Shown: positions 1 to 9,690 of the stretch, piece by piece | Position numbering within the stretch: position 1 is the stretch's first letter | How the letters are laid out: every line of letters starts with the position of its first letter | Assembly (NCBI GenBank): GCA_963816185.1 | Contig: CAWFJJ010000024.1 | Span: 192,001 to 256,000 of the forward strand | Source of the DNA: Thermoanaerobaculia bacterium | Lineage (GTDB): Bacteria > Acidobacteriota > Thermoanaerobaculia > UBA5066 | Direction of reading: 5' to 3' | DNA: 64,000 bases | The notes under the pieces: model-generated | Seen by the model: the letters and a program-made list of their open reading frames with translations, nothing else | What the model was told of the DNA's origin: nothing | The model's database searches: none | Translations under genes and position numbers: made by a program

Positions 1-322
1 CCCCGAGGTGCAGGACCCCGCGCGCGGCGGGCGCGACGTCGCCGAGCGCGTGCAGGTGCGCCATGACGTCATGTTTCGTTTCGCGCTCGTACCCGTCGGC
101 GGCTGCGAGCTCGGCCTCGGTCGGCACGAGGTGGGCACGAAGCGCGTCGAGCGAGGCCTCCGGGATCGGAAGCCCGAGCTCTCTCTCGGCCTCGGCCAGC
201 CAGAGCCAGAGCCTGCGCCAGGTCGTGAATTTCGAACGCGCCGAGAACAGCGCGGACATCTCGGCGGACGCGTATCGGCTCGTGAGCGGGTTCTCGTACC
301 GGTCGATGGGAGAGTCGCTCAC
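1..322 (-). CDS. purB: Adenylosuccinate lyase, N-terminal part (runs off window start)
   Basis: Manual translation from GTG at 322: MSDSPIDRYENPLTSRYASAEMSALFS...KFTTWRRLWLWLAEAERELG...KHDVMAHLH...GVLHLG, typical ADSL N-terminus; absent from the ORF track. Confidence 0.9.
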   Translation of the reverse strand, partial: MSDSPIDRYENPLTSRYASAEMSALFSARSKFTTWRRLWLWLAEAERELGLPIPEASLDALRAHLVPTEAELAAADGYERETKHDVMAHLHALGDVAPAARGVLHLG

Positions 323-327
323 CTATA

Positions 328-492
328 TCACTCCTCGACCTCGTCGTCGGTGGGAAGACGAAACTCCTTCGTCTCGTCGTTTCCGCAAATGCTGCAAAAC
401 GCGCTCGTGATGCCCCTCTTCTCGTCGTACTCGAAGAAGTAGCACGGCGTGTCGCAGTTGAGACAGACGATGAAGTCGACTTCCTCGCTCAC
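328..492 (-). CDS. Small putative zinc-ribbon protein (54 aa)
   Basis: GTG start; VSEEVDFIVCLNCDTPCYFFEYDEKRGITSAFCSICGNDETKEFRLPTDDEVEE, two CxxC pairs; ends 5 nt before purB. Confidence 0.65.
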   Translation of the reverse strand: MSEEVDFIVCLNCDTPCYFFEYDEKRGITSAFCSICGNDETKEFRLPTDDEVEE

Positions 493-561
493 GGGCGCGA
501 TCCTGCAGGCGTTCAGGTTAGCATCCCTCGGGCGGCCCGAGCCGCCCCATCGAGACCCGCC

Positions 562-1845
562 ATGACTCTCCGTGTCGACTCCGAGATCGGGCGCCTGCGC
601 TCGGTCCTCGTCCACGAGCCTGGTCGCGAGATCGACCGGATGGTGCCCTCGATGATGCAGGACCTGCTCTTCGACGACATCCTGTTCGGGGCGCGCGCGC
701 GCGAGGAGCACCGTCGGTTCCGGCAGGTTCTTCGCTTCGTGGCGGACGAGGTGCTCGACGTCCAGGAGCTCCTCGAGGAGGTTCTGCGAGATCCCGAAGA
801 TAGGAACGAGGTCCTCTCGGAGCTCGCACGGCTCCTCGCCTGGCCGCCCGCTGTCCTTCTCGCGCTGAACGAGCTGCCCACCGGCAGGCTCGCGGCGGGC
901 CTCGTGGAGGGGATCGAGCGCGCCGAGCCCGCCATCTCCGGCTCGCTGGATTCCCTTTACCTTCTGCCGCCCCTCCCGAACTGGTTCTTCCAGCGTGATC
1001 CCGCGACGGTCGTGGGCGACCGCGTCGTGAGGGGCTCGATGGCGACCCGCGCCCGCTGGCGAGAGCCTCTGCTGTCCGGCGCGGTCTTCGCCCGGCATCC
1101 CCGATTCGCCGGGCCGGGGCCGCGTTTCTGGTTCCAGGAGTTCGCCGCGGGCGAAGGGCGCGACCTCGCGTGGGCACGCATGCGTCCCACGCTCGAAGGA
1201 GGCGACGTCCTCGTGCTGTCGGACGAGGTCCTCGTCATCGGTTACTCGGAGCGCACGGAGAAGACGACCATCGAACGCCTCGCGGAAGCCCTCAGGCGGG
1301 AGGGCTCGCCGGTCAGGAAGATCCTCGTCGTGGCGATTCCGCCTCAGCGCGCGACGATGCACCTCGACACGGTGTTCACGCGCATCTCGGCCGGCGAGTG
1401 CCTTTGCTACGGGCCGATGATCCTCTCCGGCGGCGCCGAGGAGGCGGACGTGTACGAGGCCGACCTCACGGCGCGCGAGATCACGTGGACGACGAGGGAC
1501 GACCTGCTCTCGGCGCTCGCGGCGCTCGGCATCGATCTCGTTCCCATTCTCTGCGGCGGCGCCGATCCCATCGACCAGCAGCGCGAGCAGTGGACCGACG
1601 GCGCGAACGTGTTCGCGCTCGCTCCCGGCGTCATCCTCTGCTACGACCGGAACGAGCGCACCGCCGAATCCCTCGCGCGCGAGGGATATGCGGTCGTGGC
1701 GGACGACGACCTCCTCCTCGGACGGGAGACGCTCGACTTCAGGAAGAGCGGCAAGCACGCGATCCTGCTCTCGGCGCCCGAGCTGTCCCGTGCGCGCGGC
1801 GGTCCGCGCTGCATGACGATGCCGCTCGTGCGCGATCCGGTGTAA
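562..1845 (+). CDS. arcA: Arginine deiminase
   Basis: VDSEIGRLRSVLVHEPG, FFQRDP, LEGGD, MHLDTVF, EQWTDGANVFALAPG, ELSRARGGPRCMTMPL (catalytic Cys). Confidence 0.93.
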   Translation: MTLRVDSEIGRLRSVLVHEPGREIDRMVPSMMQDLLFDDILFGARAREEHRRFRQVLRFVADEVLDVQELLEEVLRDPEDRNEVLSELARLLAWPPAVLLALNELPTGRLAAGLVEGIERAEPAISGSLDSLYLLPPLPNWFFQRDPATVVGDRVVRGSMATRARWREPLLSGAVFARHPRFAGPGPRFWFQEFAAGEGRDLAWARMRPTLEGGDVLVLSDEVLVIGYSERTEKTTIERLAEALRREGSPVRKILVVAIPPQRATMHLDTVFTRISAGECLCYGPMILSGGAEEADVYEADLTAREITWTTRDDLLSALAALGIDLVPILCGGADPIDQQREQWTDGANVFALAPGVILCYDRNERTAESLAREGYAVVADDDLLLGRETLDFRKSGKHAILLSAPELSRARGGPRCMTMPLVRDPV

Positions 1846-1856
1846 AAAGGAAGACC

Positions 1857-2780
1857 ATGCTTCAGAAAGACCTCGTCTCGATCCACGAATTGACCGCGGC
1901 CGACATCGCGGCCCTCTTCGCCCTCGCCGCCCGGATGAAAGCGCGCCCCGCGGCGTTCCGGACGGCGCTGTCCGGGAAGATCCTCGCGATGATCTTCGAG
2001 AAGTCGTCCACGCGGACCCGCGTCTCGTTCGAGGCGGGGATGACGCAGCTCGGGGGGGCCGCGCAATTCCTGTCGTCGCGCGACATCCAGCTCGGGCGCG
2101 GCGAGCCGATCGCGGACACGGCCCGCGTCCTCTCGCGTTACGTGAACGGCATCATGGCCCGCACGTTCGCGCACGACACGGTCCTCCAGCTCGCCCGTCA
2201 CGCGACGATTCCCGTCGTCAACGGCCTGACGGACCTCCTCCACCCGTGCCAGGCGTTGACGGACTACTTCACGATGAGCGAGAAATTCGGGAAGCTGGCC
2301 TCCCTCAAGCTCGCGTACGTCGGCGACGGAAACAACATGGCCCACTCCCTCATGTACGGCGGGCCGAAGTGCTCCGTCCACGTGGCGATCGCGACGCCGA
2401 AAGGCTACGAGCCCGACGCGACCGTCGCTGCGAACGCGCGGGCCGACGCCGCCGCGGCGGGAACGACGCTTCTGCTCACGCATTCGAAGGAGGAGGCCGT
2501 CGAGGGGGCCCACGTCGTCTATACCGACGTGTGGGCTTCGATGGGGCAGGAGGCCGAGCAGCAGAAACGCGCGAAGGACTTCGCGGGATGGACCGTCACG
2601 AACGAGCTTCTCGTGCGCGCCCACCCCGACGCCGTCTTCATGCACTGCCTTCCCGCGCATCGCGGCGAGGAGGTGGCGGCCGAGGTGTGCGACGGGCCGC
2701 GCTCCGTCATCTTCGACGAGGCGGAGAATCGCCTCCACGTGCAGAAGGCGATCCTCGCGACTCTGATGGGCCGCCCCTGA
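1857..2780 (+). CDS. argF: Ornithine carbamoyltransferase
   Basis: STRTRVSFE, HPCQALTD, YTDVWASMGQE, FMHCLPAHRGEE, DEAENRLH; ATG 1857 after AAGGAAG. Confidence 0.95.
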   Translation: MLQKDLVSIHELTAADIAALFALAARMKARPAAFRTALSGKILAMIFEKSSTRTRVSFEAGMTQLGGAAQFLSSRDIQLGRGEPIADTARVLSRYVNGIMARTFAHDTVLQLARHATIPVVNGLTDLLHPCQALTDYFTMSEKFGKLASLKLAYVGDGNNMAHSLMYGGPKCSVHVAIATPKGYEPDATVAANARADAAAAGTTLLLTHSKEEAVEGAHVVYTDVWASMGQEAEQQKRAKDFAGWTVTNELLVRAHPDAVFMHCLPAHRGEEVAAEVCDGPRSVIFDEAENRLHVQKAILATLMGRP

Positions 2781-3808
2781 CGCGCCGCCGCGCCTTCGCC
2801 GCCGCCTGCTGCGCTCTCGCGCTCGGCGTCGCCTGCCGGAGGAGCGGCCCGGCTGCCCCGTCCCCAGCGGGCCCGCCGGACGATCGGGGTGTCGTCACCC
2901 TCGAACGGGTGACCGCGCGCGTTTCGGCGGAGCCGAGATCCCCCGTTGCCCTGACGCTGCCGCGCGGGACCGCCCTCAAAGTGCGCGAGACCAGCGGCGA
3001 CGCCGTGCACGTCGTGGCGGACGGCCGGGACGTCTGGATCCAGGCCGGCACCTTCGAGCGGATGGCCGACCGCGAGGCGCGCGAGAAGAGGGCGGCCGCC
3101 GTGGCCGGTTTTGCGCCTCAGCGGGCGCGCGCCGTCGAGTCCTGCCCGATCCTTCTCGCCCCCGACTACGGCGCCGCGCGCTGGGGAACGCTCGACGACG
3201 GCGAGGACGTCGACGTCGTGCTCGCGGATCACGATTTCTTCGGCGTGCGTCTCGAAGGGAAGGATCTCGCGTTCGTGCCGGCGCGCTCCGTTCGCCTTCT
3301 GCCGTCGTCCCTTCCGGCGATCGCCTCGGGACCCGCCGCGCGCGGGGTGGTGCCGGAGGTGCAGCCGCTCGGGCCTCCCGGCGGGGACCTCGGCTCCGCG
3401 GCCGGCCCGCAGACGCCGGCGTCGGCCCTGGCCCTCACACCCGCCCCTCCGACACCCGGTTTCGCTGCGGCCGTGCCGTTCCTCCCGCGGGCGCCGCTCG
3501 CCTCGCTTCCGGAGGGAGCCGAGCCTCCCGTCCTCGTGACGCGCGTGGATCCCCGATACCCGGAGGCGGCACGCCGGATGCGTCTGGGAGGCGAGGTCGT
3601 CCTGCGCGTCGTCGTGGAGGCGAACGGCACCGTGGGCAGGATCGACGTGCTCTCTCCGGGGCCCGCCGGCATGACGGAAGCCGCCGGGGACGCCGTGCGG
3701 CGTTGGACCTTTCGGCCGGCGCGCGTCGCGGGACAGGCGGTGGCCGTGTGGAAGGTCGTCCGTATCCGCTTCACCCGAGAGCCCGACCGCGAACCTCCGC
3801 TCGACTGA
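2777..3808 (+). CDS. TonB C-terminal domain protein, probable lipoprotein with SH3-like domains and a Pro-rich linker
   Basis: Signal-like RRRAFAAACCALALGVAC; C-terminal RVDPRYPEAARRMRLGGEVVLRVVV...AVRRWTFRPARVAGQAV is TonB_C; start uncertain (CTG overlapping the argF stop). Confidence 0.75.
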   Translation: MTRRRAFAAACCALALGVACRRSGPAAPSPAGPPDDRGVVTLERVTARVSAEPRSPVALTLPRGTALKVRETSGDAVHVVADGRDVWIQAGTFERMADREAREKRAAAVAGFAPQRARAVESCPILLAPDYGAARWGTLDDGEDVDVVLADHDFFGVRLEGKDLAFVPARSVRLLPSSLPAIASGPAARGVVPEVQPLGPPGGDLGSAAGPQTPASALALTPAPPTPGFAAAVPFLPRAPLASLPEGAEPPVLVTRVDPRYPEAARRMRLGGEVVLRVVVEANGTVGRIDVLSPGPAGMTEAAGDAVRRWTFRPARVAGQAVAVWKVVRIRFTREPDREPPLD

Positions 3809-3861
3809 GCCGGCACGGAGAAGAACCGGCTCCCCCGGTCCCTATAAACTCCGTCCTGCCG

Positions 3862-5478
3862 ATGCTGGAGATCGTCTACGAGGTCGAGGGGCAGACCCGT
3901 CGCTTCCTGCTCTCCGGCGGGGACGTGTCCATCGGCCGCTCGAGCGAGAACGGGATCGTCCTGAACGACTTCTCGGTGTCGCGCCGGCACGCGCTGTTGT
4001 CCGAGCGCGGAGGCGTCTGGACGGTCGAGGATCTTAAGTCGACGAACGGTGTCAAGGTGAACGGGGAATTCGCGGCGAAATCGCTCCTCAAGGCGAACGA
4101 CGTCGTCTCGGTCGGCACGTTCACTCTTAACGTGCGCGAGCAGCCCACGACGAGAAGCGTCGCGGCGAAGTCGATCGACTCGAGCTCGACGTTCGTCCGG
4201 TCGATCGCCGATTTCAACCGCGACTTCAATCTCGAGGCCGCGATCACGGACGTCGGGGGAACGCTCGCCGGGCGGAAGCACCCGCCCGAAAAAGCGCGCG
4301 AGAAGATCTTCGAGATCCTCGTCCAGGTCGCCCGCACGCTCATCGAGGCGCCCGACATAGACCAGATCCTTTCCAAGGTCGTGGACCTGCTCTTCGATTT
4401 CCTGCCCGCCGAGCGGGCCGTCGTCGTCCTCCGCGAGGACACCGGCCGGCTCGTCGCGACCCTCTCGCGCCAGAGGGGGCGGGCCGGCGCCGACGCCGCG
4501 GAGGCGTTTTCTCACACGATCGTCGAGACGGTCGTGCGCGAACGTGTCGCGGTGCTGACGTCCGACGCCCTCACCGACGATCGCTTCGAGGCCGGCCAGT
4601 CGATTCGCATCCAGCAGATCCGGTCGGCCATGTGCGTCCCTCTGTGGAACCGCGAAAACGTCATCGGCGCTCTTCACGTGGACACGCCGCTCAAGACCGG
4701 AACGTTCACCGCCGACGACCTCGACCTCCTGACGGCGCTCGGTAACTTCGCCGCGGTCGCGATCGAGCGCGCGCGCCTGCAGGGGCGCGTTGCGAAGGAG
4801 GAGCGAATTCGCGAACGCCTGGCGCGCTATCACTCTCCGGGCGTCGTCGAGGAGATCGTTTCCGAACTGCCCGCGGGCGTCGAAAAGGTGCGCACCCGCG
4901 ACGTGAGCGTGTTCTTCGCGGATATCGTCGGCTTCACGACCGCCGCCGAGGGCATGGCGCCCGAGGAGCTGTCGCGCTTCCTCGAGACCGTATTCACGTT
5001 CGCGGCGGACGCGATTTTCGAGCAGGGCGGCACGCTCGACAAGTTCATCGGCGACGCCGTGATGGCCTTCTTCGGCGCGCCCATCCGGCAGCCGGACCAT
5101 CCGCGCCGGGCGGTGGCGGCGGCCGCGAAGCTCATCGAGAGTCTGACGGCCTGGAACGTCGAGCGCGCCAAACGCGGCGAGGCGAAGGTTGCGGTGCGCG
5201 TAGGCGTGAACACGGGCCACGCCGTCGTGGGCGACATCGGGTCCGATCGCCGCGTCGATTACACGGTCCTCGGCAACACCGTGAACGTGGCGGCGCGGCT
5301 CGAGGACTACGTCGCCGGCCCGAACGAGATCGTCGTCGGCGAAGAGACGGCGCGGCTCGCAGGCGACTCGTTCGTGTTCGAGCCCCTCGGCGAGCAGCGG
5401 TTGAAAGGCCTCACGAAGGGCCTGAAGGCCTATCGCGTGAAGCTCGACGAGAAGGGCACGCCGGTTCGCCAGCGGTGA
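3862..5478 (+). CDS. FHA-GAF class III adenylate cyclase
   Basis: FHA (IGRS, VSRRHA, DLKSTNG), GAF (SAMCVPL), cyclase (FADIVGFT, DKFIGDAVMAFFGAP, DYTVLGNTVNVAARLE); Lys/Asp pair suggests ATP specificity. Confidence 0.9.
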   Translation: MLEIVYEVEGQTRRFLLSGGDVSIGRSSENGIVLNDFSVSRRHALLSERGGVWTVEDLKSTNGVKVNGEFAAKSLLKANDVVSVGTFTLNVREQPTTRSVAAKSIDSSSTFVRSIADFNRDFNLEAAITDVGGTLAGRKHPPEKAREKIFEILVQVARTLIEAPDIDQILSKVVDLLFDFLPAERAVVVLREDTGRLVATLSRQRGRAGADAAEAFSHTIVETVVRERVAVLTSDALTDDRFEAGQSIRIQQIRSAMCVPLWNRENVIGALHVDTPLKTGTFTADDLDLLTALGNFAAVAIERARLQGRVAKEERIRERLARYHSPGVVEEIVSELPAGVEKVRTRDVSVFFADIVGFTTAAEGMAPEELSRFLETVFTFAADAIFEQGGTLDKFIGDAVMAFFGAPIRQPDHPRRAVAAAAKLIESLTAWNVERAKRGEAKVAVRVGVNTGHAVVGDIGSDRRVDYTVLGNTVNVAARLEDYVAGPNEIVVGEETARLAGDSFVFEPLGEQRLKGLTKGLKAYRVKLDEKGTPVRQR

Positions 5479-6068
5479 CGGACGCTCTCTTCTCTCTGAC
5501 GTTCGTGACCTCGAACGCGGGCAAGGCTCGCGAGGCTTCGGACTTTCTGGGCCGCGAGGTCGCGGTGAAGGACGTCGACGTCCCCGAGATCCAGTCCCTC
5601 GACTTCGCCGAGGTGGCCCGAGCCAAGGCGATCGTCGCGGCGGGGGCCCTCGGCGTTAGAGTCCTCGTCGAGGACTCGGGCCTCGCGGTGGATGCCTGGG
5701 GCGGCTTCCCGGGGCCGTTCACGAAATGGGTCACGGCGGGGGCGGCAGGCTACGACGGCTTCGCGAAGATGCTCGACGGCTTCACCGACCGGTCCGCCGA
5801 GGCCGTCTCCGTCCTCGCCGTCGCGCGGCCGGGACAGGCCCCGCACGACGTCCTCGTGGCGGAAGGCCGCGTGAGGGGCTCGATCGCGCTTCATCCGCGC
5901 GGCGCGAACGGCTTCGGCTGGGACGTCCTCTTCATTCCCGAGGGCGCGACGCGCACGTGGGCGGAGATGAGTGAGGAAGAAAAGAACAGGGACTCGCACA
6001 GGGCGAGGGCCTTTAAGAGCCTGAGGACTCTCTTGCAGCTCGGGAGGTCCGAAGAGAGACCTGCTTAA
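5475..6068 (+). CDS. rdgB: Non-canonical purine NTP pyrophosphatase (RdgB/HAM1 family)
   Basis: TSNAGK, VEDSGL, FPGPFTK, GFGWDVLF, EKNRDSHRARA. Confidence 0.88.
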   Translation: MTDALFSLTFVTSNAGKAREASDFLGREVAVKDVDVPEIQSLDFAEVARAKAIVAAGALGVRVLVEDSGLAVDAWGGFPGPFTKWVTAGAAGYDGFAKMLDGFTDRSAEAVSVLAVARPGQAPHDVLVAEGRVRGSIALHPRGANGFGWDVLFIPEGATRTWAEMSEEEKNRDSHRARAFKSLRTLLQLGRSEERPA

Positions 6069-6078
6069 TCTTCCTTCT

Positions 6079-6693
6079 TCATTTCTTCCCGGCGAGCGTG
6101 CGCAGCTCGACCGCCAGCTCGTCGACCCTCTTCAGCAGCTCTTCCTTCGTCCCGTCCGCGTGGAGGACGATGTCGGCGACCTCCTCCCGAACGGCGTCCG
6201 AGAACTGCGCCGACATGCGGCGGACGAGCTCGTTCGGGTCCGTCTCGCCGCTTCGGCGGATGGCCCGTGCGAGGCGCACGTTCGTCGGGGCGGAGACGGT
6301 CACGAGGACGTCGAAGCGCTGTCGGCCGCCGGTCTCGACGAGGAGCGACGCCTCGACGACGCCGAGCGTCTCGCCCTTGGCCTCGAGCGCGGCGAACCAG
6401 CGAGCCTGCTCGTCGCGCACGAGCGGGTGGATGAGGCCGTTGAGGCGCGCGAGCTCTTCGGGATTGTGGAAGACATGCGCGGAAAGCTTGCGACGGTCGA
6501 CGGAGCTGTCCGGCGCGAGAAACTCGGGCCCGAATGCGTCCGCCACGGCACGCGCGCCGGCGCTGTGCGCGCGATAGAGGTCGTGCACGATGAGGTCCGC
6601 GTCGAGGACCGGGATTCCGTGCTCGCGGAGGCGCCTGGCCACGGTGCTCTTCCCCGAGGCGAGGCCGCCTGTGAGACCGACCTTGAGGATCAC
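6079..6693 (-). CDS. coaE: Dephospho-CoA kinase
   Basis: VGLTGGLASGKST, LDADLIVH, DRRKL, LNGLIHP, VEASLLVE. Confidence 0.93.
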   Translation of the reverse strand: MILKVGLTGGLASGKSTVARRLREHGIPVLDADLIVHDLYRAHSAGARAVADAFGPEFLAPDSSVDRRKLSAHVFHNPEELARLNGLIHPLVRDEQARWFAALEAKGETLGVVEASLLVETGGRQRFDVLVTVSAPTNVRLARAIRRSGETDPNELVRRMSAQFSDAVREEVADIVLHADGTKEELLKRVDELAVELRTLAGKK

Positions 6694-6711
6694 TCGCGGC
6701 GTTCCAAGGAG

Positions 6712-7672
6712 CTAGGGGGGGTCGGGGGGGCGCTGAAGGCGACCCCCCATCAAGGGCCAGTCGTCTTCCTCGGCAAAGGTCCAACGTATTTCGGAGGAGC
6801 ATGGAAATCGTGAGGGGCCCGACTCCGCCGGGGACCGGCGTGTAGCGCGAGGCCTTCGGGAACGCCGTCGCCGGATCGCAGTCGCCCACGAGAGTCGAGC
6901 CGTTCCTCCCGAACGCGGCCGCGCGCTTCGCGTCCCCCGGGAAGAATCTCTCCAGGTCCGAGCGCGAGGTCACGCGGTTGATTCCGACGTCCACGAGAAC
7001 GGCGCCTTCCTTCACGAAATCACCCGTCACGAAGCCGGGCCTTCCAATCGCTGCGACGAGGAGATCCGCCTCGCGGCAGAGGCCGGGCAGGTCGCGCGTC
7101 TTCGAGTGCGCGATCGTCACGGTCGCGTGGCTCTGGAGAAGAAGGAGCGCCGTGGGTTTTCCGACGATGTCGCTCCGGCCGACGACGACGGCCCTCGCTC
7201 CCGGGACCGGGACGCCTTCGCGCCTGAGCAGCTCGAGAATTCCGGCCGGCGTGCAGGGCACGGGCGAGGGCTTGCCCTGCAGAAGCCGGCCGGCGTTCAA
7301 CGGGTGGAGCCCGTCGGCGTCTTTTCGGGGATCGATCGCCTCGAGGGCGTGGGCGGCGTCGAGGTGCTTCGGGAGGGGAAGCTGGACGAGGATCGCATCC
7401 ACGGCGTCGTCCCGGTTCAGGTCGTCGATCGTCCGGAGGAGATTCGGCTCGGAGAGAGAATCGGGGAACCGGAGCGTGCGTTCGGCAATCCCGGCTTCGC
7501 GCGCCGCGGCGCCCTTGTTCGCGACATAGACGGCGCTCGCCGGGTGGTCGCCCACGAGAATGACGGCGAGGCCGGGCACCATGCCGCGCGCCGCGAGCTC
7601 CGCCACTCCGGCAGCCACCTCGGCGCGGATCGCGCGCGCGACCCGCGCCCCGTCGAGAATCGATGCTGTCAT
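6712..7672 (-). CDS. folD: Bifunctional methylene-THF dehydrogenase/cyclohydrolase; natural stop appears shifted out of frame in a C-run
   Basis: ILDG, LAVILVG, YVANK, ILVQLPLP, KDADG, PCTP, GRSDIVGKP, TPVPGGVGPLT; removing one C from the run near 6715-6730 puts the TAG at 6712-6714 in frame. Confidence 0.9.
6715..6748 (-). repeat. G-run/C-run palindromic element (REP-like), copy 1
   Basis: Minus strand GGGGGGtcgccttcagcgCCCCCCCgaCCCCCCC; same pattern at 14211 and 14347. Confidence 0.55.
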
Positions 7673-7709
7673 TCCTTCTATTCTGAAGGAGAAAGGACAA
7701 CGGCCTTGC

Positions 7710-7738
7710 TTGACACCGAGGGGTGGGGGGCGTATTTT
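7710..7738 (+). promoter_or_regulatory. Sigma70 promoter of the rplM operon
   Basis: TTGACA (7710-7715), 17-nt spacer, TATTTT (7733-7738). Confidence 0.75.
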
Positions 7739-7744
7739 TCACAA

Positions 7745-7902
7745 CCCTGCGGGTGGATGGTTCGCCGGAAGCCCGCTTATCGTGTGCCGTCGGGGCCTTG
7801 GTCTTTCGATGCTTCCTTGGTCCGCATCACAAGACCGACCCCGGAATCTTCCAGCCGGGGTGACGCACCCCTCAACCGCCCTGATCGGAGACCGCTTCAC
7901 CC
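7745..7902 (+). promoter_or_regulatory. Structured 5' leader of rplM-rpsI (candidate ribosomal protein leader)
   Basis: Extended hairpin CGGGG/GGTCTT/GATGC pairing with GCATC/AAGACC/CCCCG (7791-7843); alternative CCCCGG-CCGGGG stem (7839-7860). Confidence 0.45.
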
Positions 7903-8337
7903 GTGAGCACTCGCACGCCGCTTCCGAAGATCTCGGACCAGTCCCGACGCTGGATCGTCGTCGATGCCGACGGCAAGGTGCTCGGCCGTCTCGCGACGCT
8001 CGTCGCGCGCCATCTCACGGGCAAGACGAAGGCCATCTACACGCCCTTCCTCGACACGGGCGACTTCGTCGTCGTCGTGAACGCCGAGAAGGTCGCTTTC
8101 ACCGGCACGAAGCTCGGCCAGAAAATGTATCGCCACCACACCGGCTTCCCGGGAGGCCTGCGCTCCATCGAAGCCGGCAAGCTCAAGGCCATCCATCCCG
8201 AGCGCGTCATCGAAGCGGCGGTCCGCGGCATGCTGCCGAAGACGAAGCTGGGCCGGAAGATGTTCAAGAAGCTCAAGGTTTACGCCGGCCCCGCTCATCC
8301 GCACACCGCCCAGTCTCCGGCCGCCGTCGCGGTCTGA
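7903..8337 (+). CDS. rplM: 50S ribosomal protein L13
   Basis: [42 protein letters not shown]. Confidence 0.97.
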   Translation: MSTRTPLPKISDQSRRWIVVDADGKVLGRLATLVARHLTGKTKAIYTPFLDTGDFVVVVNAEKVAFTGTKLGQKMYRHHTGFPGGLRSIEAGKLKAIHPERVIEAAVRGMLPKTKLGRKMFKKLKVYAGPAHPHTAQSPAAVAV

Positions 8338-8379
8338 CCGGGACGACCAGAGACGCAAGGAAAGGGAGAAGCGAACCCC

Positions 8380-8772
8380 GTGACGAACCTCCAGTTTCAA
8401 GCCGTGGGACGCCGGAAAGAATCGGTCGCCCGCGTGTACCTCCGCCCCGGCAAGGGGACCGTGCTGGTCAACGACCGCACCTTCGAGGACTTCTTTCCGA
8501 ACGACGTGCTCAAGATGGTCATCCGCCAGCCTCTGCAGCTCACCGAGACGGTCGACAAGTTCGACGTCGTCGCCCTCGTCGAGGGCGGCGGGAGCGCGGG
8601 CCAGGCAGGCGCGATCCGCCACGGGATCGCCCGCGCGCTCTGCCTCTTCAACGGCGAGCTCCGCGGCGCGCTCAAGAAAGCCGGCCTCCTCACGCGCGAT
8701 TCGCGCATGAAGGAGCGCAAGAAATACGGACAGCGCGGCGCCCGCGCCCGGTTCCAGTTCTCGAAGAGGTAA
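8380..8772 (+). CDS. rpsI: 30S ribosomal protein S9
   Basis: [45 protein letters not shown]. Confidence 0.98.
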   Translation: MTNLQFQAVGRRKESVARVYLRPGKGTVLVNDRTFEDFFPNDVLKMVIRQPLQLTETVDKFDVVALVEGGGSAGQAGAIRHGIARALCLFNGELRGALKKAGLLTRDSRMKERKKYGQRGARARFQFSKR

Positions 8773-8782
8773 TGGGGGAGAG

Positions 8783-9610
8783 ATGAGCCAGATCACGATG
8801 AAGGAGCTGCTCGAGGCGGGCGTTCACTTCGGCCACCAGACGAAACGCTGGAACCCGAAGATGAAGAAGTACATCTTCGGCAAGCGCAACGGCATCTACA
8901 TCATCGATCTCCAGAAGACCCTCAAGTGCTTCCGCGAGGCCGCCGCTTTCATCACGGACGTCGCCTCGCAGGGCAAGAACATCCTCTTCGTCGGGACGAA
9001 GCGGCAGGCGCAGGACGCCATCTACGAGGAGGCGAACCGCTGCGGGATGTTCTACGTGAACAACCGCTGGCTCGGCGGCACGCTCACGAACTTCGTGACC
9101 ATTCGAAAGTCGATCAGCCGCCTCAAGGAGATCGAAGCGATGCTCGTGGAGGGGTCGGACGCGATCCTCACGAAGAAAGAACGCATCCAGCTCGACCGGG
9201 AAAAGGCCAAGCTCTCGAAGAACCTCATCGGGATCAAGGAGATGGAGGAGCTGCCGGACGTGCTCTTCGTGATCGACCCGAAAAAGGAGGCGATCGCGGT
9301 GCAGGAGGCCCGGAAACTCAGCATCCCCGTCGTCGCCATCGTCGACACGAACTGCGATCCCGACAGCATCTCGCACGTCATCCCCGGCAACGACGACGCG
9401 ATCCGCGCGATCAAGCTCTTCACGGGCAAGATGGCGGACGCCGTTCTCGAAGGCCTGCACGCCCAGGAAGAGCGTTTCGTGGGCAAGGTCGACCACGCGG
9501 ACGACGAGCCGATGCCCGCCAACTTCCAGGTGACCGATCCCGCTGCGGCAACCGGTGCGAGCAGCGCCGCCCAGAAGCCAGAGGTTCCCGTCGTCCCCGT
9601 CCCGGTCTGA
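8783..9610 (+). CDS. rpsB: 30S ribosomal protein S2
   Basis: [45 protein letters not shown]. Confidence 0.98.
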   Translation: MSQITMKELLEAGVHFGHQTKRWNPKMKKYIFGKRNGIYIIDLQKTLKCFREAAAFITDVASQGKNILFVGTKRQAQDAIYEEANRCGMFYVNNRWLGGTLTNFVTIRKSISRLKEIEAMLVEGSDAILTKKERIQLDREKAKLSKNLIGIKEMEELPDVLFVIDPKKEAIAVQEARKLSIPVVAIVDTNCDPDSISHVIPGNDDAIRAIKLFTGKMADAVLEGLHAQEERFVGKVDHADDEPMPANFQVTDPAAATGASSAAQKPEVPVVPVPV

Positions 9611-9631
9611 ACCTGAATATTCAGAAAGAAC

Positions 9632-9673
9632 GGGGGCCGGCAGGAGGATGCGCTTCTCCCGCCGGCCCCTTTT
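9632..9673 (+). terminator. Intrinsic terminator/attenuator-like hairpin between rpsB and tsf
   Basis: GGGGCCGGC-aGGAG...CTCC-cGCCGGCCCC followed by TTTT. Confidence 0.6.
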
Positions 9674-9690
9674 GACGTAAGAGGTACCCC

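Noticed and set aside
6064-6088. Purine-rich AAGAAGGAAGATT on the minus strand resembling the element's left flank
   Set aside because: Too short and lacks both the TTCGAA core and a partner arm
6065-7672. 535-aa FolD with a long C-terminal extension overlapping all of coaE
   Set aside because: The extension is an off-frame read of coaE; one fewer C in a homopolymer restores a stop at 6712
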